Origin: an uncultured Candidatus Saccharibacteria bacterium
Lineage (GTDB): Bacteria > Patescibacteriota > Minisyncoccia > Phycocordibacterales > 01-FULL-45-15b
Direction: 5' to 3'
Length of the DNA stretch: 47,935 bases
NCBI GenBank assembly: GCA_964373765.1
Contig: CAYJVZ010000001.1
Span: 1-47,935 of the forward strand
Shown here: positions 7,890 to 17,251 of the stretch, in pieces
Layout of the letters: each line of letters begins with the position of its first letter
Position numbering within the stretch: the stretch's first letter is position 1
The notes under the pieces: generated by a model
Seen by the model: only the letters and a program-made list of their open reading frames with translations
Databases searched by the model: none
What the model was told of the DNA's origin: nothing
Made by a program: the position numbers and the translations under genes

Positions 7890-8219
7890 TTATTCAACCA
7901 GAGCTTGGACCTCCGATACAAATTTATCCTGTTGAATCGGCTTTAGAATAACCGCGTCAACTTTAACTTTCGGAGGATGAACTCGGCCGCTGAAACTGAC
8001 AATTTTCGCGCGGGGAGAAATTTCTCTGGCAAGTTTGACTAATCCTTCAGTCAAACTGTCAGAATCCCCTATCAGCACTCCGAAATCCGGATTGGCGCTG
8101 ATGGCTGCCGCACCTTGATATTGCCCATTGGCCTCTATGACCTCAAAACCGCTATGCCTTAGCGAATCGGAGCAAAGTTTTCTGACTTCAGGTTCATCGT
8201 CAATAAGTACTATTTTCAT
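7890..8219 (-). CDS. Stand-alone response-regulator receiver (CheY-like) domain
   Basis: MKIVLIDDEP acidic pair, a candidate acceptor Asp in VLIGDSD, a Ser in VSFSG, and the ILKP Lys-Pro. At 109 aa there is no output domain. Confidence 0.65.
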   Translation of the reverse strand: MKIVLIDDEPEVRKLCSDSLRHSGFEVIEANGQYQGAAAISANPDFGVLIGDSDSLTEGLVKLAREISPRAKIVSFSGRVHPPKVKVDAVILKPIQQDKFVSEVQALVE

Positions 8220-8327
8220 TTCTGCCTTTCTTTTTTGGTTTGTTTTAATTTAGAAGGCAGTCCATTGCCATTTTTTATATTATCATGTTTTCATAAAATG
8301 TCAATCGTGAGAGGCGCATGAATTTTC

Positions 8328-8356
8328 TTGTTATGCGGGAGGAAAAAAGCTAGAAT
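8328..8356 (+). promoter_or_regulatory. Sigma70-like promoter (TTGTTA-17-TAGAAT) upstream of the secretion ATPase
   Basis: Hexamers at 8328-8333 and 8351-8356 with a 17-nt spacer, 19 nt upstream of the ATG. Confidence 0.4.
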
Positions 8357-8374
8357 TTCAAGTAATAGCAAGTT

Positions 8375-10042
8375 ATGCTCGAATTTGACGATACAAAACA
8401 AAAAGGAAGATTGAGAACTTTTCAAAAACAAGAAAAGGAGAATCTGGCAAAGACATTGGCTGAACATTATAAATTGGAATATACGAATTTAGCCACCGCC
8501 CAATTGAACATTGACGCTTTGAGGCTTCTTTCCGAAGAAAAAGCAAGGGAGGCCAAAGCGGCCGTCTTTGACATGATTGATAAAAAAATCAAAGTGGCCA
8601 TACTTTCTCCGAGAAATGAGATTACTCTAAAAGAAATAGAAAATCTAAAATCAAGAGGTTACTTGCCTGAAATCTCGGTGGCCTCGATAGATAGTTTGGA
8701 GCTGGCTTGGGCTAAGTATAAGGATCTCTCTTACGCTTTTGAAACTAAAGCCGGATCGCTTGAAATATCCAATACTGAAATCAGCGAAAAGATAAAAAAG
8801 ATAAAAAATAAAAATGACGTAAAGGAAGAAATGGACTTAATTTTAAGTTCAGGCAAAGGATTTAAAATTTCAAAAATTTTAGAAATTGTTTTAGCCGGCG
8901 CTATCGCCCTTAAAGCCTCCGACATTCATGTTGAACCCGAAGAAAAAGACATTAGAGTTCGTTACAGGCTAGATGGCGTCTTGAATAATCTGATTAACAT
9001 TAATTACGACACTTACAGACTTTTTCTCTCTAGAATAAAGCTTCTCTCTGGCTTGAAATTAAACATCAAAGACGACGCCCAGGACGGACGTTTTAGCGTG
9101 AACTTAAATGAAAACAACATTGAGATTAGAACTTCTGTTTTACCCGGCGCTTACAGTGAATCCATAGTTCTTAGGGTTTTAAACCCTGAAAAAATAGCCG
9201 TGCCGCTTGAGGAACTTGGCATTGATTTGAAACTGCTTAAGATTCTCGAGGAGGAAGTAACTAGACCAAATGGAATGATATTGACCACGGGACCAACTGG
9301 TTCTGGCAAAACCACGACTTTATACGCTTTTTTGAAAAAAATTCACACTCCGGGCATAAAAATAATTACTATAGAAGACCCTATAGAGTATCATCTTCCC
9401 GGCATTGTCCAAACCCAAACCGATGATGAGAAAGGTTATAGTTTTCTCCATGGATTAAGAAGCGCTCTTAGACAAGACCCCGATGTTATCATGGTTGGCG
9501 AAATAAGAGATCGTGACACGGCTGAAATTGCCATCAATGCCGCGTTAACGGGACACTTGGTTTTTTCAACTCTCCATACCAACAACGCCGCCGGCTCATT
9601 CCCAAGACTTATTGATCTTGGAGTAAACTCAAAAATAATTAGTTCGGCCTTGAATATCGCCATTGCCCAAAGATTGCTTAGAAGACTTTGCGAGCATTGT
9701 AAAAAAGAGATCGCTGTTGAAGGAAAAACTCGTGAAATAATGGAGCAAATCTTAAATTCTATAGTTGATAAATCGTACATGACCGAGATAAAGAATATCT
9801 GGGTGGCCGGTTCTTGCGAGAAATGCAACAATACCGGCTATCGGGGAAGAATAGGCATATACGAAGGCGTAAAAATGGATGATAAAATAGAAAGTGTTGT
9901 AATATCCAATCCAAGCGAAACAGAAATAATGGAAGCCGCCAAACTTCAGGCGATTTTAACCATGAAACAAGACGGGGTGTTGAAAATCTTGAAAGGCGTT
10001 ACCTCTTTTGATGAATTAAAGAGAGTTATAGATCTAAACTAA
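8375..10042 (+). CDS. pilB: GspE/PilB-family type II/IV secretion (type IV pilus assembly) ATPase
   Basis: Walker A GPTGSGKTTT, Asp box and Walker B DPDVIMVGEIRD, His box GHLVFSTLHTN, and the tetra-Cys motif CEHC...CEKC. Confidence 0.9.
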   Translation: MLEFDDTKQKGRLRTFQKQEKENLAKTLAEHYKLEYTNLATAQLNIDALRLLSEEKAREAKAAVFDMIDKKIKVAILSPRNEITLKEIENLKSRGYLPEISVASIDSLELAWAKYKDLSYAFETKAGSLEISNTEISEKIKKIKNKNDVKEEMDLILSSGKGFKISKILEIVLAGAIALKASDIHVEPEEKDIRVRYRLDGVLNNLININYDTYRLFLSRIKLLSGLKLNIKDDAQDGRFSVNLNENNIEIRTSVLPGAYSESIVLRVLNPEKIAVPLEELGIDLKLLKILEEEVTRPNGMILTTGPTGSGKTTTLYAFLKKIHTPGIKIITIEDPIEYHLPGIVQTQTDDEKGYSFLHGLRSALRQDPDVIMVGEIRDRDTAEIAINAALTGHLVFSTLHTNNAAGSFPRLIDLGVNSKIISSALNIAIAQRLLRRLCEHCKKEIAVEGKTREIMEQILNSIVDKSYMTEIKNIWVAGSCEKCNNTGYRGRIGIYEGVKMDDKIESVVISNPSETEIMEAAKLQAILTMKQDGVLKILKGVTSFDELKRVIDLN

Positions 10043-10432
10043 ATAGTTTAATCAACGAAAATTCGAAATTTACAATCACGGCCCTGTTTCATAAAAACCA
10101 TAAGCCAAACACGTCTTTAGCTTATATGGAAGTCCTTATTGCTCTTTCAAAAATTTTGTTGAGTAAATAGTTTTCCTTTGCCTTTCAAAAAACGGAGGGT
10201 AAGATAATGAATGAATCAGAGAAAATATTTCCAGAATATAAATCTCTAAGCAATACCTTTAATTTTCACACCAAAAGTCTAGCTTAACCCTAAGGAGAAT
10301 TTCAGCTAACTACAAGAGCGCCAAAAAATCCTCGTGGATAAGTTAATAAGCTCGTTAGAGCTCAATTGCTTAGAGATTCATGCTCTGGAAAATATTAAAA
10401 TCCAAGCAAAAGTCTAGCATGAATTAGTTTAT

Positions 10433-11491
10433 ATGTCAATAGATAAGTCAAAACAAAAGTCTTCAAATAAAGCGATTGACGGTAATCAAAATGAACAAAT
10501 TGAAGATGATATACATTTAGATCAAACCCTTCGTCCAAGCAAATGGGATGATTATATCGGTCAACATTCGATAAAAGATAACTTGCACATTCTACTTAGA
10601 GCGGCCAGGGAACGCAACCACTCTCCGGAACACATACTCTTTTATGGGCCGCCTGGATTAGGCAAGACCACTCTAGCCCATTTGATAGCAAAAGAGACCG
10701 GTTCTCAAATGAAAATGACTTCTGGCCCAGCTGTGGAGAAAATTGGCGATATTGCTTCTCTTCTTACTAATCTTTCAGCTGGCGATATTCTTTTCATTGA
10801 TGAAATTCATCGTCTAAACAAAACCGTGGAGGAAATTCTCTACCCGGCCATGGAGTCTGGCGTTCTTGATATTATTATAGGCAAAGGCCCTTCCGCAAGA
10901 TCAATCCAACTTGAACTTCCGCCTTTTACTTTAGTAGCCGCAACCACAAGATTGGCTTTGATATCATCGCCTTTGCGTTCAAGATTCTCGGGCGGCGTCT
11001 TTAGGCTTGAATTCTATAGCGATGATGATATTGAAAAAATAATAGAGAGGTCGGCAAAAATCCTTGATGTTAAAATAATAGGCAAGGCGGCTTACGAGAT
11101 CGCTAAAAGAAGCCGCTATACGCCGCGAACTGCCAATTTTCTGCTTAAAAGATGCCGTGATTATTCGCAAGTAATCAGTAAAAGTCAGTTGACCGAGGAT
11201 GTGGTGGCAAAAGCTCTAAAAAAGCTTGAAATAGACGATAAAGGGCTAAATAATTCTGATAGAAAAATTATGGACGCTATAGTTGGAAAATTTGGCGGCG
11301 GTCCGGTCGGTTTAAATACCCTAGCCGCCGCTCTTCAGGAAGAGCAGTCAACTATTGAAGAATTCAATGAACCTTACTTGCTGCAGATCGGCTTTATAGA
11401 AAGAACTCCGCGCGGCAGAATTCTTACCGAGCACGGCTATCGGCATTTGAATCTATCTGTTCCAGAAAATATACAAAAGAAACTTATTTAG
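10433..11491 (+). CDS. ruvB: Holliday junction branch-migration helicase RuvB
   Basis: LRP..WDDYIGQ, GPPGLGKTTLA, ILFIDEIHRL, and the C-terminal winged helix EPYLLQIGFIERTPRGR. Confidence 0.95.
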   Translation: MSIDKSKQKSSNKAIDGNQNEQIEDDIHLDQTLRPSKWDDYIGQHSIKDNLHILLRAARERNHSPEHILFYGPPGLGKTTLAHLIAKETGSQMKMTSGPAVEKIGDIASLLTNLSAGDILFIDEIHRLNKTVEEILYPAMESGVLDIIIGKGPSARSIQLELPPFTLVAATTRLALISSPLRSRFSGGVFRLEFYSDDDIEKIIERSAKILDVKIIGKAAYEIAKRSRYTPRTANFLLKRCRDYSQVISKSQLTEDVVAKALKKLEIDDKGLNNSDRKIMDAIVGKFGGGPVGLNTLAAALQEEQSTIEEFNEPYLLQIGFIERTPRGRILTEHGYRHLNLSVPENIQKKLI

Positions 11492-11522
11492 AATAAATCG
11501 TCATCCTTTTATTTTTTAAAAA

Positions 11523-12053
11523 ATGGCAGGACATAATCGTTGGACACAAATAAAAAGGCAAAAGGGCAAAACCGACGCGGCCAAAAGTAAACTTTTCGGC
11601 AAATTCGCAAAGCTAATTGCGGCGGAGGTTAAAAAGTCCGGTGGCAACAGGCAATCCCCATCTCTAAAAGCAGTCGTAGCTCGAGCCAAAGAAATTAATA
11701 TGCCAAACGACAATATTGAAAGAGCCATAAAAAGCGGCATATCTGATAAATCCGCCGCCATGGAAAAAATAACGTATGAAGCATACGGGCCGGGTGGCGC
11801 GGCTTTGGTTATTGAAGCTTTGACCCAAAACCGAAACAAGGCCGGTCAGGAAATAAAATTCATTCTTTCCAAACATGGCTGTTTTATAGCGGAAGTAGGA
11901 TCAGCTAAATGGGCATTTGTTAAATCAACCGACGGTTGGACCGCTAAAACGACGGTAGAATTATCAAAGGAGGATCTTCAGAAATTAGAATCTCTTATTG
12001 ATGAACTGGAATCTAATGACGAAGTACAGGAGGTTTTTACGAACGTGGAATAA
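11523..12053 (+). CDS. yebC: YebC/PmpR-family protein, shortened form (176 aa)
   Basis: MAGHNRWTQIKRQKG, NMPNDNIERAIK, YEAYGPGGAALVIEALTQNRNK, and the C-terminus DEVQEVFTNVE. Roughly 60-70 aa of the usual middle domain are missing. Confidence 0.8.
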   Translation: MAGHNRWTQIKRQKGKTDAAKSKLFGKFAKLIAAEVKKSGGNRQSPSLKAVVARAKEINMPNDNIERAIKSGISDKSAAMEKITYEAYGPGGAALVIEALTQNRNKAGQEIKFILSKHGCFIAEVGSAKWAFVKSTDGWTAKTTVELSKEDLQKLESLIDELESNDEVQEVFTNVE

Positions 12054-12054
12054 C

Positions 12055-12540
12055 ATGCCAACAAAAATATTAGCTATCGATCCGGGTTATGAGCGTCTGG
12101 GAATCGCCGTTTTAGAAAAAATTAACGATAAAGAAAATTTAATATTTTCTGAATGCTATCGTACAGACTCAAAAAAAGATTTTGTTGACAGGCTAGAATC
12201 AATTGGTTTAAGGGTAAAAGAAATAATCCGCCTTTACAAGCCAGAAACACTGGCTATTGAAACACTGATTTTTAATACCAATCAAAAAACCGCCATGAGA
12301 GTTTCAGAAGTGCGCGGCGCCATTATTTTTTTGGCTAAAGAAGCCGGTCTTCTAATTAGAGAGCTGACGCCGTTACAAATAAAGATGGCTATAACCGGCT
12401 ATGGCAGAAGCGGCAAGAAACAAATGCTCGCTATGCTGGTTAAGTTGATAAAAATTGAAAAAAATAGGAAAACTAAGGATGACGAGTATGACGCTATCGC
12501 CACTGGTTTAGCCTGTATCGCCCATTTTAAAATCACTTAA
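12055..12540 (+). CDS. ruvC: Holliday junction resolvase RuvC
   Basis: MPTKILAIDPGYERLGIAV matches the RuvC N-terminus, and DEYDAIA carries the C-terminal acidic catalytic residue. The start was moved to the in-frame ATG at 12055, just after the yebC stop. Confidence 0.85.
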   Translation: MPTKILAIDPGYERLGIAVLEKINDKENLIFSECYRTDSKKDFVDRLESIGLRVKEIIRLYKPETLAIETLIFNTNQKTAMRVSEVRGAIIFLAKEAGLLIRELTPLQIKMAITGYGRSGKKQMLAMLVKLIKIEKNRKTKDDEYDAIATGLACIAHFKIT

Positions 12541-12688
12541 AAAAGCTCGGGGTAGATTTTTCCACAGTTAGCCTTATTGGCGCTTGCAAAAAATATTCGG
12601 TATTGATACAACTATGCCAGTCGGAGGTCGACCACTTCCGGATAGCGCTAAGAGGCGCTGGAATTACAAATAAGTTATTTTATAGAAT

Positions 12689-12835
12689 ATGTCACACTGG
12701 GACTTTGATTCCAATCTTGATGACAAAATCGAGGATCGGAAAAATAAAAAGGACGAGGAGGTGTTGGAAGACGCAGACGATACCGCCGAGGAAGATTCTG
12801 ATATTGACGATCTTGAAAGCAAGTGGGAGGAATAA
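12689..12835 (+). CDS. Possible 48-aa highly acidic small protein (not in the supplied ORF track)
   Basis: The ATG at 12689 opens MSHWDFDSNLDDKIEDRKNKKDEEVLEDADDTAEEDSDIDDLESKWEE, ending at a TAA stop and followed by a hairpin terminator. No clear RBS is visible. Confidence 0.25.
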   Translation: MSHWDFDSNLDDKIEDRKNKKDEEVLEDADDTAEEDSDIDDLESKWEE

Positions 12836-12849
12836 ATGACGTTTAACAA

Positions 12850-12885
12850 AAAACTCTGATTTTATAATCGGGGTTTTTTGTTTTC
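12850..12885. terminator. Bidirectional terminator hairpin between the small ORF and tyrS
   Basis: 12-bp stem aaaactctgatt/aatcggggtttt (two G-U pairs) flanked by an A-run and a T-run. Confidence 0.5.
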
Positions 12886-12925
12886 AATATTTGCCAAAAC
12901 AGCTAGGCGAAGCCGCGAGCGGCAG

Positions 12926-14332
12926 TTATTTAACGGAAATTTTTATGAACCTTTTGGCGCCAATTCTTATTACAGTATCTTTGGTAATTTTAAACTCCGG
13001 ATCTAAAATCTTTTCTTTGCTTTCAAGATCGCTAACGGCCCCATCTTTAATCAACCTGCGAAATTCCGTTTTTGAACTTACCATTCGGTGGGAAATCAGC
13101 AAATCCATTAATTTATTATTCTGGTTTTGTCTTAATTCAACTTCTTCGAGGTTCTTGGGAATTTCACCCTTGGAAAAAGTGCCGATAAATGAATCTTCGG
13201 CTTCTTTAGCCCGCTTGGCCCCGTGATAAATTTCTACTATCTCTCTCGCTAGTCTCATTTTTAAATCCTTTGGATTAGTTTTGCCGCTTGTTGAAGCGCT
13301 GACCATATCTTTAATTTCATCAATCGGAGTATAGCTGCAGAGAATAAAATAGTCTTCTATAAGCGAGTCTGGTATGGACATAATTTTGCCGTACATATCG
13401 TGGGGTTGGTCTGTTATGGCAATATAGTTATCCAGACTTTTTGACATTTTTTCTTTGCCATCGGTGCCGATTAAAAGCTTTATAGACATGACTGACTGTG
13501 ATGGAACATTGTTGATTTTCATAACATCGCGCCCCATCAACATATTAAATGTCTGGTCAGAGCCTCCGATTTCAAGATCGCATGATCCGTAAATTTGCGA
13601 AATAACATATGAATCCACGCCTTGTAAGACGGGATAGAGCATCTCATGCATGTAAAGTTCTTCATTTTTCTTCAGCCTTTTTTGAAACAAATCTCTGTCA
13701 ATAAGCCTTGAGTGGGTTATATGTTTTAGGGTCCATAGCAAACTTTTTAGAGTGATTGTAAAAGTGGCGGTGTTGCCCAGGTCAGTTTTCTGCATTCTGG
13801 AATTTTCATAAAGAGCCGTCTTGCCCAAAAAAGAATTCGGATCGAGCGGAATGGATGTCGTGTTTCCTTTATCGTCCTTAAAATTCATGGCCGCTTTCGC
13901 TCCTTGTCCAAAAGATAAATCAGTCGGATTGTAAAACCAATCGGAATTTCTAATCCATGAAAAGACTTGTTTATCGGTGCTTAATATTTTGCCGACTTGA
14001 TCAACATAGCTCTTCATGTTTTTTTCAACTTCCGCCTGTTCTACTTCCGCCCTGACTTTGCTTTTGCCTGTCGGGTCGCCGATTTGAGCCGTGTAATCTC
14101 CAACTAGGAAAATAACCTTAGAGCCGAGGTCCTGAAATTGTCTTAATTTCCTTAAAATGGCGGCGTGGCCAAGATGAATGTCCGGCCTCGTTGGGTCAAT
14201 GCCGATTTTTATGACTATTTGATTCGGACTTTTTTCCAGCTTTTCTCTAAATTTGTTATCTGGATCTATAAAGGTTTCAACCCCGCGCCATAAAATTTCA
14301 TCAATCTTCGGTTTTGGAATAGGTGTGGCCAT
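12926..14332 (-). CDS. tyrS: Tyrosine--tRNA ligase
   Basis: HIGH motif (DIHLGH), the TyrRS-specific GDYTAQIGDPTGK, KMSKS, and a C-terminal S4-like domain (SKTEFRRLIKDGAV). Confidence 0.9.
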   Translation of the reverse strand: MATPIPKPKIDEILWRGVETFIDPDNKFREKLEKSPNQIVIKIGIDPTRPDIHLGHAAILRKLRQFQDLGSKVIFLVGDYTAQIGDPTGKSKVRAEVEQAEVEKNMKSYVDQVGKILSTDKQVFSWIRNSDWFYNPTDLSFGQGAKAAMNFKDDKGNTTSIPLDPNSFLGKTALYENSRMQKTDLGNTATFTITLKSLLWTLKHITHSRLIDRDLFQKRLKKNEELYMHEMLYPVLQGVDSYVISQIYGSCDLEIGGSDQTFNMLMGRDVMKINNVPSQSVMSIKLLIGTDGKEKMSKSLDNYIAITDQPHDMYGKIMSIPDSLIEDYFILCSYTPIDEIKDMVSASTSGKTNPKDLKMRLAREIVEIYHGAKRAKEAEDSFIGTFSKGEIPKNLEEVELRQNQNNKLMDLLISHRMVSSKTEFRRLIKDGAVSDLESKEKILDPEFKITKDTVIRIGAKRFIKISVK

Positions 14333-14451
14333 TTGAACAATTTACCATATTGGCAAAATTTTGTCTTCAATCATATTTTTTAATCCTTTGAGGCGCCAGA
14401 AGTTTGAAACAGCGTATAAACAAAAAGATGGCAATATGCTAACATCTTGAA

Positions 14452-16971
14452 ATGGCTAGAAAAAAAAGAAGGTTGCTGCGCGATCTGGTTATATTTTTCA
14501 TATCATTGGGTATTTTAATAGCCGGCTTTCTGGTAATATTAGCCGGCACCCTTAAATTGCCTGATTTAGACTCCTTTGATAACCGAAAAATTAGCCAGTC
14601 CACAAAAATATACGACAGGACCGGTGAGATATTGCTTTTTGACGTGCATCAGAATGTAAAGAGAACAGTTGTTCCTTATCAAGATATATCCCTTTACCTC
14701 AAAAACGCCACCGTGGCTATTGAGGACGCCGAATTTTACATTCATAAGGGAATAAAAATTTCTTCTATTTTGAGAGCTATTGTGGTAAATTTGACGGATT
14801 TTGGATTCAGCCAAGGCGGTTCGACTATAACTCAACAAGTCATAAAAAATTCATTTTTAACTTCCGAAAAGAAAATTTCGCGCAAATTAAAAGAGTGGAT
14901 ATTGGCGCCAAGGTTGGAAAAGGTTTTAACAAAAGATGAAATTTTGGGAATTTATCTAAACGAAGCGCCTTACGGCGGCAACATTTACGGTGTCGAGGAA
15001 GCCAGCCGAGCTTTTTTTTCAAAAACATCAAGCGAGATTAGCTTGGCCGAAGCCGCTTACATCGCCGCTCTTCCACAAGCGCCGACTTATTATTCTCCCT
15101 ACGGCAACAATAAAGAAAAACTGGATGAAAGAAAAAATCTGGTCTTAAAGAGAATGCTGGAAGAAACCTTTATAAGCCAACAAGATTATGAAAAAGCCTT
15201 GAAGGAAAAAGTGGAATTTAACAAGGCTGAAGAAAGAGGCATCAAGGCTCCTCATTTCGTAATATACGTCCGCGAATATCTGGCCAGTAAATACGGCGAA
15301 AAAACAATTGAGGAGAAAGGCTTAAAGGTCATTACCACTCTTGATTATGATCTCCAAAAAAAAGCAGAAGAAATTACAGAAGAGTACGCCCTTCAGAACG
15401 TCAAAAAATTTAACGCCACTAATGCGAGCTTGGTTGCCGTTGATCCAAAAAGCGGTCAGATTTTGGTCATGGTTGGATCAAGAAATTATTTTGACAAAGA
15501 AATTGACGGAAATTTTAATGTTACTTTGGCTCATAGACAGCCGGGATCAGCTTTCAAGCCTTTTGTTTACGCCGCCGCATTTAAAAAAGGTTATACTCCG
15601 GAAACCGTTATTTTTGATTTAGAAACAAATTTTTCTTCAGAATGCACGGAGGAAGGAAAACCGAAGGCTGGTTTCGAAGTTGAATGTTATGTGCCTGTAA
15701 ATTATGATGATTCTTACCGAGGCCCGATAACTTTTAGAAACGCCCTCGCCCAATCCGTAAACATACCGGCCATTAAAGTTTTGTATCTTGCGGGAATTAG
15801 TGATTCGCTTCGTTTGGCTGAAGACATGGGAATAAGCTCTCTTAGCAATGCGAACCAATACGGCTTAACCCTTGTTTTGGGAGGCGGCGAGGTTTCGCTC
15901 TTGGATATTACAAGCGCCTACTCCGTATTTGCCAACAATGGAGTCAGAAATCCTTACAAAGCTATATTGAGGATTGAGGACAAAGACGGCAATATTTTAG
16001 AGACATATCAAGATAATTCTAGAAGAGTTTTAGATGAGAAAATCGCCTTAACTATAAATAATATTTTATCTGATAACGTCGCTAGAACACCCTTGATGGG
16101 GCCTAATTCTACTCTTTACTTTGCCAACAGGGACGTCGCCGCCAAAACAGGCACCACCAATGATTACAGAGATGTTTGGGTTATCGGTTACAGCCCGAAT
16201 CTCTCCGTTGGAGCGTGGGCCGGTAACAACGATAATACATCTATCGACAAAAAAACCGCTGGTTTGGTCATCACGCCAATGTGGAATGCTTTCATGCAGT
16301 ACGCTTTAACAAAAATAGATGATGAGAAATTTAAAAAATTACCAGACGAAAATTCTGATTCTGATAAAATATCTTTAAAACCGGCGCTAAAAGGCGTATG
16401 GACGGGCGGGCAAACATATTTAATTGATAAAATTAGCGGCAAGTTGGCAACCGAGTTCACCCCGAACGAGCTCAGGGAAGAACGTGTTATTCAATCAGTG
16501 CATTCTATATTGCATTGGTTAGACAAAAATGATCCAACGGGAGAAATGCCAAAAAACCCAAAAAAGGATCCCCAATATGAATTTTGGGAATATTCAGTCA
16601 GAAAATGGGCAGAAAAAATGGGTTACGCTGATCAAGAAGAAAGTGTCATACCAACCGATTTTGATGATGTTCATAAACCCGAATACTATCCTAAAATAAT
16701 TTTTAATAGTCCTAAAGATAAAGAGACTTTGTTAAAAAATGAAAAAGTTCTGATAAATTTAAACATTTCCTCATCTAAATTCAAAACCGTAAGAGCCGAT
16801 TATTTTGTAAATGGAAAGTATTTAGGCTTCTCGGACGTCCATCCATACAGTTTTTCCTTTATGCCAAGTAATTTCGATAATCTATCGGAAATAAATGAAT
16901 TAAAGGCCGTTGTTTATGATGAGGTTTTAAATAAAGGCGAGGCTATTATAAATTTTAGTTTGAGCGATTAG
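14452..16971 (+). CDS. Class A penicillin-binding protein (glycosyltransferase plus transpeptidase)
   Basis: N-terminal TM segment. GT51 motifs EDAEFYIHKGI and GGSTITQQ. Transpeptidase motifs SAFKP (SxxK), SVN and KTGTT. Confidence 0.9.
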   Translation: MARKKRRLLRDLVIFFISLGILIAGFLVILAGTLKLPDLDSFDNRKISQSTKIYDRTGEILLFDVHQNVKRTVVPYQDISLYLKNATVAIEDAEFYIHKGIKISSILRAIVVNLTDFGFSQGGSTITQQVIKNSFLTSEKKISRKLKEWILAPRLEKVLTKDEILGIYLNEAPYGGNIYGVEEASRAFFSKTSSEISLAEAAYIAALPQAPTYYSPYGNNKEKLDERKNLVLKRMLEETFISQQDYEKALKEKVEFNKAEERGIKAPHFVIYVREYLASKYGEKTIEEKGLKVITTLDYDLQKKAEEITEEYALQNVKKFNATNASLVAVDPKSGQILVMVGSRNYFDKEIDGNFNVTLAHRQPGSAFKPFVYAAAFKKGYTPETVIFDLETNFSSECTEEGKPKAGFEVECYVPVNYDDSYRGPITFRNALAQSVNIPAIKVLYLAGISDSLRLAEDMGISSLSNANQYGLTLVLGGGEVSLLDITSAYSVFANNGVRNPYKAILRIEDKDGNILETYQDNSRRVLDEKIALTINNILSDNVARTPLMGPNSTLYFANRDVAAKTGTTNDYRDVWVIGYSPNLSVGAWAGNNDNTSIDKKTAGLVITPMWNAFMQYALTKIDDEKFKKLPDENSDSDKISLKPALKGVWTGGQTYLIDKISGKLATEFTPNELREERVIQSVHSILHWLDKNDPTGEMPKNPKKDPQYEFWEYSVRKWAEKMGYADQEESVIPTDFDDVHKPEYYPKIIFNSPKDKETLLKNEKVLINLNISSSKFKTVRADYFVNGKYLGFSDVHPYSFSFMPSNFDNLSEINELKAVVYDEVLNKGEAIINFSLSD

Positions 16972-17241
16972 TCAGCGAATGTCTGTTATTTTATAACTTA
17001 TCTTAGCCGATTCAATTTTTTTATTTATAGCGTCTATGACATCTAATTTTTTCATCAAGATATCGTTTTTTATCAACGGTTCTGATTGGACATAAATAAC
17101 GCCATTTTTTATTTTTAAGGCATAATCGTTCTCGCTAATATCAAAAAAGGTTCGCAGTTCAACGTTGATTATATTTTTTATATTACTAATTCTATCAATA
17201 TTTGTTTCATATTTTTTTAGAAATGATTTTATGTTAAACAT
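16972..17241 (-). CDS. Small DUF721/DciA-like protein downstream of dnaN
   Basis: An 89-aa protein in the position usually occupied by DUF721/DciA genes next to dnaA-dnaN. The pattern NGVIYVQSEP...L resembles the DUF721 core. This is a weak call. Confidence 0.35.
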   Translation of the reverse strand: MFNIKSFLKKYETNIDRISNIKNIINVELRTFFDISENDYALKIKNGVIYVQSEPLIKNDILMKKLDVIDAINKKIESAKISYKITDIR

Positions 17242-17251
17242 TTTACGGTAT

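Noticed and set aside
11516-11876. Minus-strand ORFs of 107 and 70 aa
   Set aside because: They are antisense to the motif-supported yebC gene.
11998-12054. 19-codon upstream extension of ruvC
   Set aside because: It overlaps the yebC 3' end. The conserved RuvC N-terminus (MPTKILAIDPG) starts at 12055.
12600-12670. SRP (4.5S) RNA-like tccggaag motif on the minus strand
   Set aside because: Only the GGAA tetraloop-like segment matches. The flanking bases do not form the conserved helix 8 symmetric and asymmetric loops.
14333-14451. T-box leader upstream of tyrS
   Set aside because: The spacer is only 119 bp and is shared with the divergent PBP gene. That is too short for a T-box, and no T-box consensus sequence is visible.
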